DNA of 63,706 nucleotides, filler included, from Octopus bimaculoides (lineage: Eukaryota), in assembly GCF_001194135.2 (NCBI RefSeq). It is 7 parts of 6 records of this genome, joined end to end, with 100 filler letters (N's around TTAATTAATTAA, not from the genome) between each part and the next. Parts side by side here need not be neighbours in the genome. Positions count along the whole stretch, not along the records: positions 28,267 to 45,341 come from NC_068995.1; positions 45,442 to 47,638 come from NC_068994.1; positions 47,739 to 55,527 come from NC_068993.1; 4 more parts are not named here. One strand, 5' to 3'. How positions within the stretch are numbered: position 1 is the stretch's first letter; every line of letters begins with the position of its first letter. Below are positions 39,216 to 51,652 of the stretch, one piece after another. A program made the position numbers and the translations under genes. A model generated the notes under the pieces. The model was not told the DNA's origin. It ran no database searches and worked only from the letters and a program-made list of their open reading frames with translations.

Positions 39216-39957
39216 GCATGCAAACATGTATAAACATACATATGCCACACGCTCGCACACACATACATACACGTACATAATACATACATATATATATTTA
39301 TCTATATTTATGTATCTACGTTCATACATACATACATACATACATACATACATACATACATAAATAAATACATACATACAACATACACACATACGCACAT
39401 ACATACATATACATTGTTCAAATTTATAGAAAAACAAAGACGAATACAGGTGTAAGATCAACACCGAAGTGTATTATTTTGACGCTTGGGAAAAACGGAA
39501 AAGTCTTTTACGTTTCGAGCTTATGCTCTTCGGCAAAAAGAAATAAGAGGAAATAAATAGAGAGAGAATGAAAAAAAATGTATTGAGTGCAGTGATACGC
39601 ATACATGTATATTTATATATGTATGTGTGTGTGTGTATGTGTATATACATGCATACACACACACACACACATATGTATCTATCTATCTATATATATGTAT
39701 GTATCTATAATGAGAAACCAGTGAGCAGTATAATAACAAAGAGACAAGGAGAGAGTGAGAGAAAGAGGAAGTGATAAAGATAGCTCTGTGAATATACATA
39801 TCTACATACATGAATATGTATATGTGCGTGTGTGTGAGTGTGTGTGCATGCGCGTGCATGTGCATGTATGTACGTATATATAAAAAGAGAGAGGTGATAA
39901 AGAAAGACCGAAGCATCAACCTACAGATTGATTTAGACAAAGAGTAAATTAGACAAA

Positions 39958-40056
<99 letters not shown>

Positions 40057-40854
40057 GAGGGGAGAAGAGAGAGTTGAGGGGAGTAGAATGAACGTTAATT
40101 AGAAAGTGGATTATTGTGATGGTGATAGCGATAAAAGCGATGATAATAGTGATGATGTCGATTGTGATGATGGTGATGATGATGATGTTGGGGATGTTGA
40201 TGGTGGTGGTGGTGGTGGTGGAGATTGGAGCCGAAAGAAAATAATGAAACACAACTACGCGTATAATGAACGACTTCCATGGTAATTTTAATAAAGTCTA
40301 AATTGATACTCAATTAAAGGATAATTAGAGCTAAATAATAATTATTCCTTTTTAAAATGATTCTTTAATTGAAATCTAAACGGGAGACTATCTATAATTA
40401 CTAATGATCAATATATATATANNNNNNNNNNNNNNNNNNNNNNNNNNNNNNNNNNNNNNNNNNNNNNNNNNNNNNNNNNNNNNNNNNNNNNNNNNNNNNN
40501 NNNNNNNNNNNNNNNNNNNNNNNNNNNNNNNNNNNNNNNNNNNNNNNNNNNNNNNNNNNNNNNNNNNNNNNNNNNNNNNNNNNNNNNNNNNNNNNNNNNN
40601 NNNNNNNNNNNNNNNNNNNNNNNNNNNNNNNNNNNNNNNNNNNNNNNNNNNNNNNNNNNNNNNNNNNNNNNNNNNNNNNNNNNNNNNNNNNNNNNNNNNN
40701 NNNNNNNNNNNNNNNNNNNNNNNNNNNNNNNNNNNNNNNNNNNNNNNNNNNNNNNNNNNNNNNNNNNNNNNNNNNNNNNNNNNNNNNNNNNNNNNNNNNN
40801 NNNNNNNNNNNNNNNNNNNNNNNNNNNNNNNNNNNNNNNNNNNNNNNNNTATAT

Positions 40855-41695
40855 ATCTCGCCGAAGTTTGAACCAGTGTGGTCTTCATGGACGCATTCCT
40901 CGTAGGAATTCTTTCCTCACTACCAGGCATAAACCAAGTTGTCTTTCTTTTGGCGAAACCTATGTGAGTAAGGGAAAGGAGTTTTGGAATAAAATTCTTT
41001 TTTCTGACGAGACTAAAATCAAATTGTTTGGGTCAGATGGTATTGAACGAGTATGGCGACGACTAGGTGAGGATAATAGTGACAAATGCACCGTGCCTAA
41101 CGTCAAACGCGGTGGCCGAAGTGTTATGCTTTGAGGATGCATGACTGCGGCTGGGATTGGAGGACTCACATTGATTGAGAGAACAATGGATTCAAGGCTT
41201 TATTGTTACATATTGCAGAAACCAATGTTGAAAAGCATCAAGGAACTAGGAAGACATTCCATGTTCCAACATGATAACGATCCTAAACACTCTTCAAAGA
41301 CGATGACTAAGTTTTTATAAGATAAAAAGGTAAAAGTATTGCCTTGGCTTACTATGTCACCTTATTTAAACCTAATAGAACATCTGCAAGGTGTTTTGAA
41401 AAGGAAGGTTGAGGAGAAAAAAATCCGCAATGTAACACAATTGAGAGACACCGTTCAAGGTGGATGGAGGTCGATTTCATCGGTTATATGCGGAAATTTA
41501 GTCGACTGTATGCCCAGAAGATTTAACATACATGCAAAGGCGGTCACACCAAGTATTGAATATAGCAAATATTCATTTAGGGTGTACATATTTTTGTATC
41601 GCTTGAAAATTAATATTTCGTTCATATTACCTGTTATTAAATATCTGTGTTTTTATAAACATAAATCTGTCCTCAAATATCTTACGCACCCTGTG
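40855..41695 (+). mobile_element. Tc1 (DD34E) transposase pseudogene; 5' end lost in gap
   Basis: FWNKILFSDETKI; VKRGGRSVML*GCM; FQHDNDPKHSS; PWLTMSPYLNLIEHL. Confidence 0.93.
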
Positions 41696-41700
41696 TATAT

Positions 41701-41990
41701 GAGGGCGCGTGGTCTAGTGGCTAGGGAGGTACATGCAAGATCTTAGTTTCAATTCTTTGACCGGATGGCGCGTTGTGTTCTTGAGCAAAACGCTTCATCT
41801 CACGTGGCTCTTCGACATCACACGTGATCACTTCGACACCTGACGTCTGATGCACAGTGCACCTGTTCAGGTAACGTCGATTTGATGGGGTAAGAGTGCG
41901 CTAATGTGCGGCATGATCACGGTAAGATCACGGTAAACAAAACTTTTTGTGCAGGTCGTTCGGCAATAACTGAACTCTCATACGTCGTCT
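41701..41990 (+). mobile_element. tRNA-derived SINE
   Basis: A-box TGGTCTAGTGG 41710-20; degenerate B-box gtttcaattc 41746-55; ttgtgttcttgagcaaaac core-like segment. Confidence 0.7.
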
Positions 41991-42039
41991 TTATTACTGT
42001 CTATATGTATACAAGTATATATACACTCACTAAGACACA

Positions 42040-42077
<38 letters not shown>

Positions 42078-45077
42078 CAAATATATATGCATACAAACGT
42101 ACATACATACATTCGTGTGCATGTGTGTATGTATGTATATGTGCTTGTGTTTTCAAAATATAAAATGGAGACATGAAGATGTAGTGACAGTGATAAACAG
42201 ACAGATGAGATAGTTTACCATGCAAATTTCACAAAACCCAGTTTACGGTCATACAATGATACGCTTATATGAGTATTCAATGAGGAATATCGTGTAGTCG
42301 GTAATTAAGTAAATTATCTCACATACACCCAGCTGGACATAATTTCCTGTTAATTACTTTAACGAACGATTAATGTAATCAATAGAAGTTATATTCTAAT
42401 TACACAGATGTGTAACCTGTTATGCAGTTAAGCCAACCGTCTTTGTATTGCATTGTTACACTTCCGGTCACGTCACTTTCATTTGCTATTTCATTTTAAA
42501 CATCTCTTTACGTTCAGAGTTTACATCTCGGTGTACAAATTCGATTTTGACTTGCTTCCCTCTGTGGTGGATCAACAAAGTATGTACAGGCTGGTGTTAC
42601 TTTCTTTGAAGTGGTTTTGAAAATAGTAATAGGATGTTTTGTTGTTATTGATGTTTTTTGTTATTGTTGTTATTGTTGTTGTTCTTGTTCTTGTTCTTGT
42701 TGTTGTTCTTCTTCTTTCCACTCTTCCTCCTTCTCGTCCTCCTACTTACCCTTCTTTTACGAGAGGTTTATGCAAGAACGAAGAAAAAGAAACCCTGGGA
42801 AACACAGGGAAACGCAAATACGCCACACACTTCGTCAGTTGTCGACCAGATATCATAGTAATATCGACACCTCCCGACAATAGTTTTCCCTTTGGCAGAA
42901 TAAGCAGCGTGAAAGCTACTAACGTCTGGAGAAGTAGATTAACCAGCTAACAGAGATTAAAAAAAACCCAAAAAAAACTGATCGAGTAGGACGGTAAAGG
43001 AAAAAGCTAATCTTTCGATTGAACAAGACGTTTTTGCGGGAAGGTAAGAATGACAAAAAAACTTAAAACGAAACAAATGTATATATGTATACATAAAATG
43101 TCTTTCGACATAAGAATAATATTAAGACAAGTACTGCGAAGTGATGCCAAGAAAATATGTCTGCCAATAAATAGATGGAACAAAGCAACTGGCCAGTAGA
43201 AGGATCAGTTTCAGGAAGGATTAGCTGGAGACGAAACACGGACAAATATGGAGACAAATCGGAAGGTACGAGGGTAGAAGGAGAGGTACATTGATAGATC
43301 GATACAAAGATGGAAAAGAGGTTTGCATTGCCTTAGAGTTGAGAGAAAGAAAGTATTGCGGCAACGAAATTTACAAGAATGAAACGAACGCAAATATGCT
43401 CTGGGCCACGTCAGTTGTTGATATCTAACTATCTACCTATCTGCATTAATACTTCCTGATTGGATCACGTACTCTTTGGAATTTAAAACAAAAGTTGGAG
43501 AGTTTAATTTGTAAGGGACTAGCGACCTAGCCAAGAGGAATCGGGACGCTCATTTATTTCTCATCCATTGTTTTAGCACAACCAAGACTTATACAGCCCA
43601 AGGCCAGTTTGTTTTTGCTTTTATTTTTATCTTTCAATTTCACATTATTAAGCCCTGCGGTCTTGGCAAGATGGGGGTTAAGTGGGGGTAAGGTAGGGTT
43701 AGCGGTAAAGCGGGGGTTAAGTAGTGTAGGTACATTGGGTAGTGTGAGGGGATGGGTGGAAGATTTGTGTTTGCGAATATTTTACATTTCGTCAATTAAT
43801 TACACATCGTGATTGTGTGTGTGTTTGTGTGTGTGTACATGCGCGCGTGTGTGTGTGCGTATGTGTTTGTGTATGTGTGTGTGTTAATGTGTAATGTTGT
43901 GCCGATATTGAAAAGGGAGGGAGAATTAAGTTCAGTAGAAAATACAAGGAAATTAAAGTAAACAAAACAATAACAATTCATTTATGTTGTTGTTGTTGTT
44001 GTTATTGTTTTTGTTGTTGTTGTTGTTGTTGTTGAAATGTCGGGCAATAAAGGTCGTTTCAATAAATGAAAATGGTTAATATCTTAGTTTATTTAGTTTA
44101 TCCCCCTTGGCACAATGACAACAACAACAACAGCAACAACAACAACAACAACAATAACATCATTATAAAAATGGTCATTGCGATTCCCTCCTCCTCNNNN
44201 NNNNNNNNNNNNNNNNNNNNNNNNNNNNNNNNNNNNNNNNNNNNNNNNNNNNNNNNNNNNNNNNNNNNNNNNNNNNNNNNNNNNNNNNNNNNNNNNNNNN
44301 NNNNNNNNNNNNNNNNNNNNNNNNNNNNNNNNNNNNNNNNNNNNNNNNNNNNNNNNNNNNNNNNNNNNNNNNNNNNNNNNNNNNNNNNNNNNNNNNNNNN
44401 NNNNNNNNNNNNNNNNNNNNNNNNNNNNNNNNNNNNNNNNNNNNNNNNNNNNNNNNNNNNNNNNNNNNNNNNNNNNNNNNNNNNNNNNNNNNNNNNNNNN
44501 NNNNNNNNNNNNNNNNNNNNNNNNNNNNNNNNNNNNNNNNNNNNNNNNNNNNNNNNNNNNNNNNNNNNNNNNNNNNNNNNNNNNNNNNNNNNNNNNNNNN
44601 NNNNNNNNNNNNNNNNNNNNNNNNNNNNNNNNNNNNNNNNNNNNNNNNNNNNNNNNNNNNNNNNNNNNNNNNNNNNNNNNNNNNNNNNNNNNNNNNNNNN
44701 NNNNNNNNNNNNNNNNNNNNNNNNNNNNNNNNNNNNNNNNNNNNNNNNNNNNNNNNNNNNNNNNNNNNNNNNNNNNNNNNNNNNNNNNNNNNNNNNNNNN
44801 NNNNNNNNNNNNNNNNNNNNNNNNNNNNNNNNNNNNNNNNNNNNNNNNNNNNNNNNNNNNNNNNNNNNNNNNNNNNNNNNNNNNNNNNNNNNNNNNNNNN
44901 NNNNNNNNNNNNNNNNNNNNNNNNNNNNNNNNNNNNNNNNNNNNNNNNNNNNNNNNNNNNNNNNNNNNNNNNNNATCATCATCGTCATCGTCATCGTCAT
45001 CGTCATCATCATCATCATCATCATCGTCATCATCATCATCGTCATCGTCATCATCATCATCATCATCATCGTCATCG

Positions 45078-45134
<57 letters not shown>

Positions 45135-45660
45135 GTAGTAGCAGCAGCAGTGACAGAAACAATACCGACTACAACAGCAACAATAAATACAATGGCTAAG
45201 ATAAATATTCAAATTATGATTATTTAATAGAAAACGAAACTTCTTCCATTACGTCGCCCCTCCTTCTCCTTCTCTCTCCTCTCCCCATCCCTCGCCTTTC
45301 CTTTTCTCCCATCTCCTCTCTCCTCCTCCTCCTCCTCCTCCNNNNNNNNNNNNNNNNNNNNNNNNNNNNNNNNNNNNNNNNNNNNTTAATTAATTAANNN
45401 NNNNNNNNNNNNNNNNNNNNNNNNNNNNNNNNNNNNNNNNNTATTAGATGTCCACCTGGTGGTCATCCCTTGTTGGGTTGTTGATAACCTCTTTCTAGCA
45501 TATTGGATGTCCACCTAGTGGTCATCTCTTATACATGTGTAATACAATTTTTTCTGAATTTTCAGATTTTTTTACATGCTAAGCCACTTGGTTTTAAATT
45601 GAATTAATATTCAATTTATCACCCTATCTATCTATATATATATATATATATATATATATA

Positions 45661-45962
45661 GGAACAATTTATCTTTTTTTATAAGAACAGTTTTTTAAAA
45701 TTTTACACGCTCTGTATGGTTACCATTGTTTTGAATACGCATTGCAATACACTTACCCACTCACTGTGAACTCATAATAGCACACCTGGTGATACGTTTT
45801 CAAAGGTGTTGGTGATGCATTCCTTCAAATCATTTATGTTTTTTATCTTTTCACGATACACCATGCCTTTCAAATACCCCTAAAGATAGAAATCAAGAGG
45901 GACCAGATCAGGGGATCAAGGGGATCTTATAAACTGTTTCTTATAAAGAAATAAATTTTTCC
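45661..45962 (-). mobile_element. ~300-bp Tc1/mariner-superfamily deletion derivative with ~33-bp imperfect TIRs and TA flanks
   Basis: TIR ggaacaatttatctttttttataagaacagtt / aactgtttcttataaagaaataaatttttcc. Minus strand P*SPDLVPLDFYL*GYLKGMVY... Confidence 0.8.
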
Positions 45963-46051
45963 TATGTATGGAGACTTTTGAATCACCCTTTGGGAAGTGG
46001 TTAAGATATGCAAGCCCAAAGTGTAAGAAGTAAGGCAGGATAGAACTGGGG

Positions 46052-46092
<41 letters not shown>

Positions 46093-47398
46093 TTGTGTGT
46101 GTGTGTGTATAGAGTGTTAGGTGTGATGTACAGTATTGAATATTGAAAAAAAGTCGTCAGAATTTTTGAAAAAATTTGTATATGACAAGTTTGAAAGACG
46201 AACGAAAGCCTTAATATGAAAATGAAGATATAATAATAAAACAAGTTTTTCCCAAAATTCTGACGACTTTTTTCAATATATATATATATGTATATGTATG
46301 TTATGTGTATATGTATATGAATATATATATATATATATATTCATATACACATGCACACATACACACATATATACATTCACCTGTATATCAATATTAAAAT
46401 ACATTAGCATAAAAAGAAGAAAAAACAAGATCAAATAAAGGTTGAAGATTACTGGTGACAAATAAACAAAAGACACTTCAAAAGTGAATTCCTAAACAAG
46501 TACATCACAGACCAAACATTATCTCCTCCCAGCACTTGCCACAAATATGGTGCTCACCATAATGCATTGGGAAGTACATTCCAAAACAGGTAGCTACAAG
46601 GCTACTCTATATTCAAACCAACGTTTCAGAACTGCTTTATAAATTTTTCATTGTTAATCAAACATTTGACATTGTCAAAGGCCTTCTGCTTATGATCAGT
46701 ATATACCCAATATTCTCAGTAGATTTCTAAACCAATGTGTTTCATGGTTATTTAATGAGACTATAACTGACTAGGTAAGACCATTCTCCACTGTTCGAGC
46801 AATAATCTTAAAATATTAACTATTATTGGTGGATTTTGAAAAGGTGATGGATTAGCAAACATCCTTAGAGCACAAAAAAATAAATAAATAAAATGCCTGG
46901 CAGTATTTGTTCAAGCCCTTCATATTTTAAGATGGAATCTTACCTTCCATTCTGTTGCAGTGGATAAAAAAAAGTATCAACCAAGTACTGGGGTGGATAT
47001 AATTGAGTAGCTCATTTCCCTCAGAAATACTATGGGAAAGCAGTTCAAAAGCCTCAAATCTGGATGGTTGATGTCACCTTGGTACATCAAGGAAACACTT
47101 GGGTAGCATAGGTGTACTGTTTATAGTAGACATGAAATTTGATTCTCATAGATTATGTTACAACTTTTTTCCACTTTCTTATATATATATATATATATAG
47201 ATAGATAGATAGAGAGAGAGAGAGACGTTTACGAATTTGTGTTGCAAGATTCCTGATGTAAAACCATGTGTTCAAACAGATTTCGTTATATTTCAGGTCA
47301 GGATGGTCGTTCTTTTTTTTTTTTTGTGCCAAATAAACACGCACTATATATTTGTTCTTGGCTCATTTATTACTGTTCTTATTTTAACTGATGTCCAT

Positions 47399-47444
47399 TG
47401 TCCAGAAATCTCTCATCGTACATCTATGACCTCTTCAGTGACAC
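47399..47444 (-). ncRNA. Degenerate mirror hammerhead (GAAA->GAGA)
   Basis: Minus strand GTGTCA CTGAAGA G GTCATA GATG TACGAT GAGA GATT TC TGGACA. Confidence 0.45.
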
Positions 47445-47516
47445 TTTCTGTCCTCATGTATGCTCCTACTCTGCTTTATGGACTAAGCAAAGCAGGAGCA
47501 TACACAAGGATGGAAA

Positions 47517-47562
47517 GTGTTACTGAAGAAGTCACAGATGTGTGATGAAAGATTTCTGGACA
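47517..47562 (+). ncRNA. Minimal type I hammerhead ribozyme, Penelope-type (predicted cleavage after C47556)
   Basis: CTGAAGA(A) 47523-30; stem II GTCACA/TGTGAT with GATG loop; GAAA 47547-50; self-complementary stem III AGATTT; UC cleavage triplet end; short stem I TGTTA/TG(G)ACA; AATAAA at 47590-95. Confidence 0.6.
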
Positions 47563-48832
47563 ATGGACATAAGATAAAATATCAACAGTAATAAACGAGT
47601 GAATATATAGTGCATGTGTTAATTTGCCCCCCCCCCCCNNNNNNNNNNNNNNNNNNNNNNNNNNNNNNNNNNNNNNNNNNNNTTAATTAATTAANNNNNN
47701 NNNNNNNNNNNNNNNNNNNNNNNNNNNNNNNNNNNNNNGGGGAGGTGCTGGCGGCGGCCCGTGGCAGAGAAACTCTTGTAGAGATTTGAAGGAATTATAT
47801 GGCACAACAGGACGTTAAAAACATAACAAGAACAACTGGCAAAGAGGGGATGGGAGGAGGTTAGGGTGATGGTATGAGACGGGAAAAAAAAAGAAAAGGG
47901 GATGTGTGAAGAAGGAGTGCGGGGGAGGAGGAGGGGAGGAGTGCATGAAATGTAAGAAGAGGATGTGAGAGAAGTATCAATGACGATGGGAGGTGGGCGA
48001 GGGTGGATGGTGTTTTAGTGATAGTGTGAGGAAGTGTGAGTGGCTGGGGTGAGAGGATGGCAGTGGTGATGGTGGTGATGGTGATGGTGGTTGTGGTGAG
48101 GGTGGTGGGGACAGCATCAGAATAGTTAGAGGAGGTGAGAGTGGAATTGGGGAGCTGAAGACAAGCGAAAACAAGGAGTGACGAGAAGTGTGAGGGATGG
48201 GNNNNNNNNNNNNNNNNNNNNNNNNNNNNNNNNNNNNNNNNNNNNNNNNNNNNNNNNNNNNNNNNNNNNNNNNNNNNNNNNNNNNNNNNNNNNNNNNNNN
48301 NNNNNNNNNNNNNNNNNNNNNNNNNNNNNNNNNNNNNNNNNNNNNNNNNNNNNNNNNNNNNNNNNNNNNNNNNNNNNNNNNNNNNNNNNNNNNNNNNNNN
48401 NNNNNNNNNNNNNNNNNNNNNNNNNNNNNNNNNNNNNNNNNNNNNNNNNNNNNNNNNNNNNNNNNNNNNNNNNNNNNNNNNNNNNNNNNNNNNNNNNNNN
48501 NNNNNNNNNNNNNNNNNNNNNNNNNNNNNNNNNNNNNNNNNNNNNNNNNNNNNNNNNNNNNNATGGTGATGGTGGTGGTGGTAGTAGTGGTGGTAGTGAT
48601 GATGATGGTGATGGTGGTGGTGGTAGTAGTGATGATGATGGTGATGATAGTGGGGGAAGATAAGAGGTTGAATGAGAGAGAGACAGAGAGAGAAGGGTGA
48701 GATAGAAGAGATGAGACAGAATGGGGGGAAGTTAGTTTCTGGGGGGGCGAGGCTGGCATGGATGTGGTCGATCGTGACACGAGGGAAGAGGATGAAATGC
48801 GAGAGATAGAAGGAGAGTATGAGGATGGGCAT

Positions 48833-49019
48833 AGGCTATGGGCTGGGGTACAGGACATTGAGATATAGGACATTGGGATATAGGACATTAAGACATTGGG
48901 ATATAGGACATTGAGGTTATGGGCTGGGATATAGGACATCGAGGCTATGGGCTGGGATATAGGACATTGAGACATTGGGATAGAGGACATTGAGGCTATG
49001 GGCTGGGATATAGGACATT
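48833..49019. repeat. Minisatellite of 28-bp GAGGCTATGGGCTGGGATATAGGACATT and shorter GGGATATAGGACATT-based units
   Basis: Direct read. Confidence 0.9.
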
Positions 49020-49125
49020 CTGTCCACATTGATGTGGACAGAAAATACAGAGAGTGCAGAGAAATTTTCAGAAGGCAAAAGAAGTCAGAGATGAGTGTGA
49101 ACAGAAAAGTTGGTTGTTACTATGA

Positions 49126-49563
49126 CTGTTTAACCCCAGGTCAGTCCTATTCAAGCAGACCTATTATTCCCACCATGACCATCCTGTTTGTTTGTCAGCC
49201 TGGTATATGTCATCTGATGTGTCCAATTTTTAACAGGATAGGGTAAGGATTGAAAGAGATTTAGCTGTGATTTCTAGTAGGTCAAGTGACTACATATAGG
49301 TACAGAGCCATCAGAGGAGAATCTATGAGATCGTTCACCCTGCTAGAAATATCAGCTAATTTTCCTCAAATCACAACCTATTATCTGAAAGAAGCGTGTG
49401 TTTCATAATGTACTTCTGAGTTCCTGACATATAGATGGAGGGTCACGGTTGGAAGTGTCATTGATCATAAGTCTGTTGGATCAGTACACAAAGATGGAAG
49501 GGTCACGGTTGGGAAGCCTTTGATCATAGGTCTGTTGGGGCAGTACTGACTTAGGGTTGAACA
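49126..49563. mobile_element. MITE-like element with ~60-70-bp imperfect inverted ends; related fragments near 27120, 30050 and 32660
   Basis: tgtttaaccccaggtcagtcct..cagacctat at 49127-49170 matches the reverse complement of 49525-49563; a 60-bp tandem duplication in the right arm. Confidence 0.55.
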
Positions 49564-49787
49564 ATGACAACGAGAAGCACATTCTTTATTTAGTGTGTTG
49601 ACTAAGAGAGTGAGAGAGCATAAGAGAGCGACAGCTGAGAGAGAGAGAGAGTGACAGTTAGAACTGAGAATAAAGGTGAAAATGAGATAGAGGGAGAGGG
49701 AAAGGAAGAGAGAGAAAGAAAGAGAGTGAGAGAAAAGTAAGAGAAATAAATTAAACATCTAGTATAAAATGGTTGTAGAAACAAGTT

Positions 49788-49829
<42 letters not shown>

Positions 49830-49938
49830 NNNNNNNNNNNNNNNNNNNNNNNNNNNNNNNNNNNNNNNNNNAGAGAGAGAGAGAGAGAGAGAGAGGGGGG
49901 GAAAGAGGGAGAGACAGAGAGAAAGAGAGATAGGTAGG

Positions 49939-49977
<39 letters not shown>

Positions 49978-50229
49978 ATGGTGAGAGAGGGTGAGTGTGA
50001 GAAAGGAGTGGGTAGTTTGGAAATTACTGTATGAAAGGAAGGGTGTGACACGAGACGGATGTTAACCGTGTCTGGCTGAGAAACCATTCAATAGGATGTG
50101 CTTATATCAATTTTCCAAGTAACTGTTGCAAATATATGTCTGCCCATATACATGTACACACACACACGCACACACAAAAAGACAGTACATGAATAGAGCA
50201 GAAGTACAAGAAATGTTCACAGTTAATAT

Positions 50230-50675
50230 ATTTTTCTGCTCTAGGCACAAAGTCCAAAATTTTTAGGAAGGGGGCCAGTCGATTAGATCGACCCCAGTAT
50301 GCAGCTGGTACTTAATTTATAGATCCCGAAAGGATGAAAGGCAATGTCGACCTCGGTGGAATTTGAACTCAGAACGTAAAGACAGACGAAATACCGCTAA
50401 GCATTTCGCCCGGCGTGCTAACGTTTCTTATTTCTTTATTGCCTACAAGGGGCTAAACATAGAGGGGCTAGACAAGGAGCTAAACAACAAAGACAGACAA
50501 ACGGATTAAGTCGATTATATCGACCCCAATGCGTAACTGGTACTTATTTAATCGACCCCGAAAGGATGAAAGGAAATGTCGACCTCGGCGGAATTTGAAC
50601 TCAGAACATAAAGACAGATGAAATACCGTGAAGCATTTCGCCCGGCGTGCTAACGTTTCTGCCAGCTCGCCGCCT
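50230..50675 (-). mobile_element. Dimeric tRNA-derived SINE flanked by a 16-bp TSD
   Basis: Two tandem heads (B-box gagttcaaattcc) each followed by a ttcatcctttcggg...taagtaccag core. TGTTCACAGTTAATAT at 50214-50229 and 50676-50691. Confidence 0.88.
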
Positions 50676-51009
50676 TGTTCACAGTTAATATTATTAAGTT
50701 GATGCACAAGGGAGAATGAAGAAAGTTAAAGCTAGGTTTTGGTCAGAATCCTTTTTACAGGAATGTTCCAGAGAAACAGGGGAGAGAAGGAAGGAGATTA
50801 AAAGAAAAGAGACAGGAAAAAATCACGTGGGTTTGGCTTACATAGTAAAGTTTGGCTTACACACACATACACACACACAGTTATATTTCAGGATGGTGAT
50901 TTTTTGCCGAATAAACACACGCACTATATACTCGTTCTTCACTTCAACTTTATTATTGTTCTTATCTCACATCACCTGATCGTATATTCCATTGTTGTAC
51001 CAGGGGTGG

Positions 51010-51484
51010 ATTGCATTCTTGGACAAGATGTCGTTGGGCAAGGCATTTCATTTTATGTTTGCCCTACAGTCACATCAACCCCTGGCATGTGAGGCAGTGT
51101 GTAGTTGTACAGGCAATGTTGGTTTGATGGAAGGAGTGAGCTTATATACGTCACTGGAAAGTTTGTGTTGCAACTTACTTGGTGACCCTGCCAGTGCAGG
51201 TTCCACTTAAAAGCATCCAGTCCACACTGTAAAGTGGTTGGTGTTCGGAAGGGCATCCAGTTGTAAAAACCTTGCCGAAACTGACCTCGCCTGTGCTTGT
51301 GCCACGTAAAAAGCACTAACTCCACTCTGCTGAGTGATTGGTGTTTGGAAGGGCATCCAGCTGTAAAAGTCCTGCCAAAACAGTTACAGAAATCTGGTGA
51401 TGGCTTCTGGCTAGCCGGCTCTTGTCAAATCGTCCCACCTGTGCCAGCATGTGAGGCGGACATTAGGCGATGATGATGATGACG
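51010..51484 (+). mobile_element. SINE with tandemly duplicated V-domain-like block and (GAT)n tail
   Basis: GGAAGGGCATCCAG at 51247 and 51347 (100-bp period); ends ggacattaggcgatgatgatgat. Confidence 0.7.
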
Positions 51485-51652
51485 AAGATTTGTTTATAGC
51501 AAAAACAAATCATACACAAACATACCCACATATGTAGGTTGTTTAGCAAGAAGTTGTAGAACCGTCTTTCTTTGGTTTGAGAGAATACAATTACGTATGT
51601 ATATATATATATTTATATATATGGATGTATGTATGTATGTATATATATATAT

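Larger units (their letters stand above)
47328..47628. repeat. ~300-bp imperfect palindrome (arms ~145 bp, 8-nt loop 47477-84) made of two head-to-head Penelope-like pLTR segments
   Basis: Hand alignment of the left arm to the reverse complement of the right arm. A related outer segment recurs at ~50880-50970. Confidence 0.9.

Noticed and set aside
41701-41775. tRNA gene (also SINE heads at 18743, 50590-50675, 57065)
   Set aside because: A/B boxes only, no cloverleaf; followed by SINE bodies.
45442-45530. CRISPR-like geometry (30-bp palindromic repeat, 29-bp spacer)
   Set aside because: Only two units, eukaryotic context, no cas genes.
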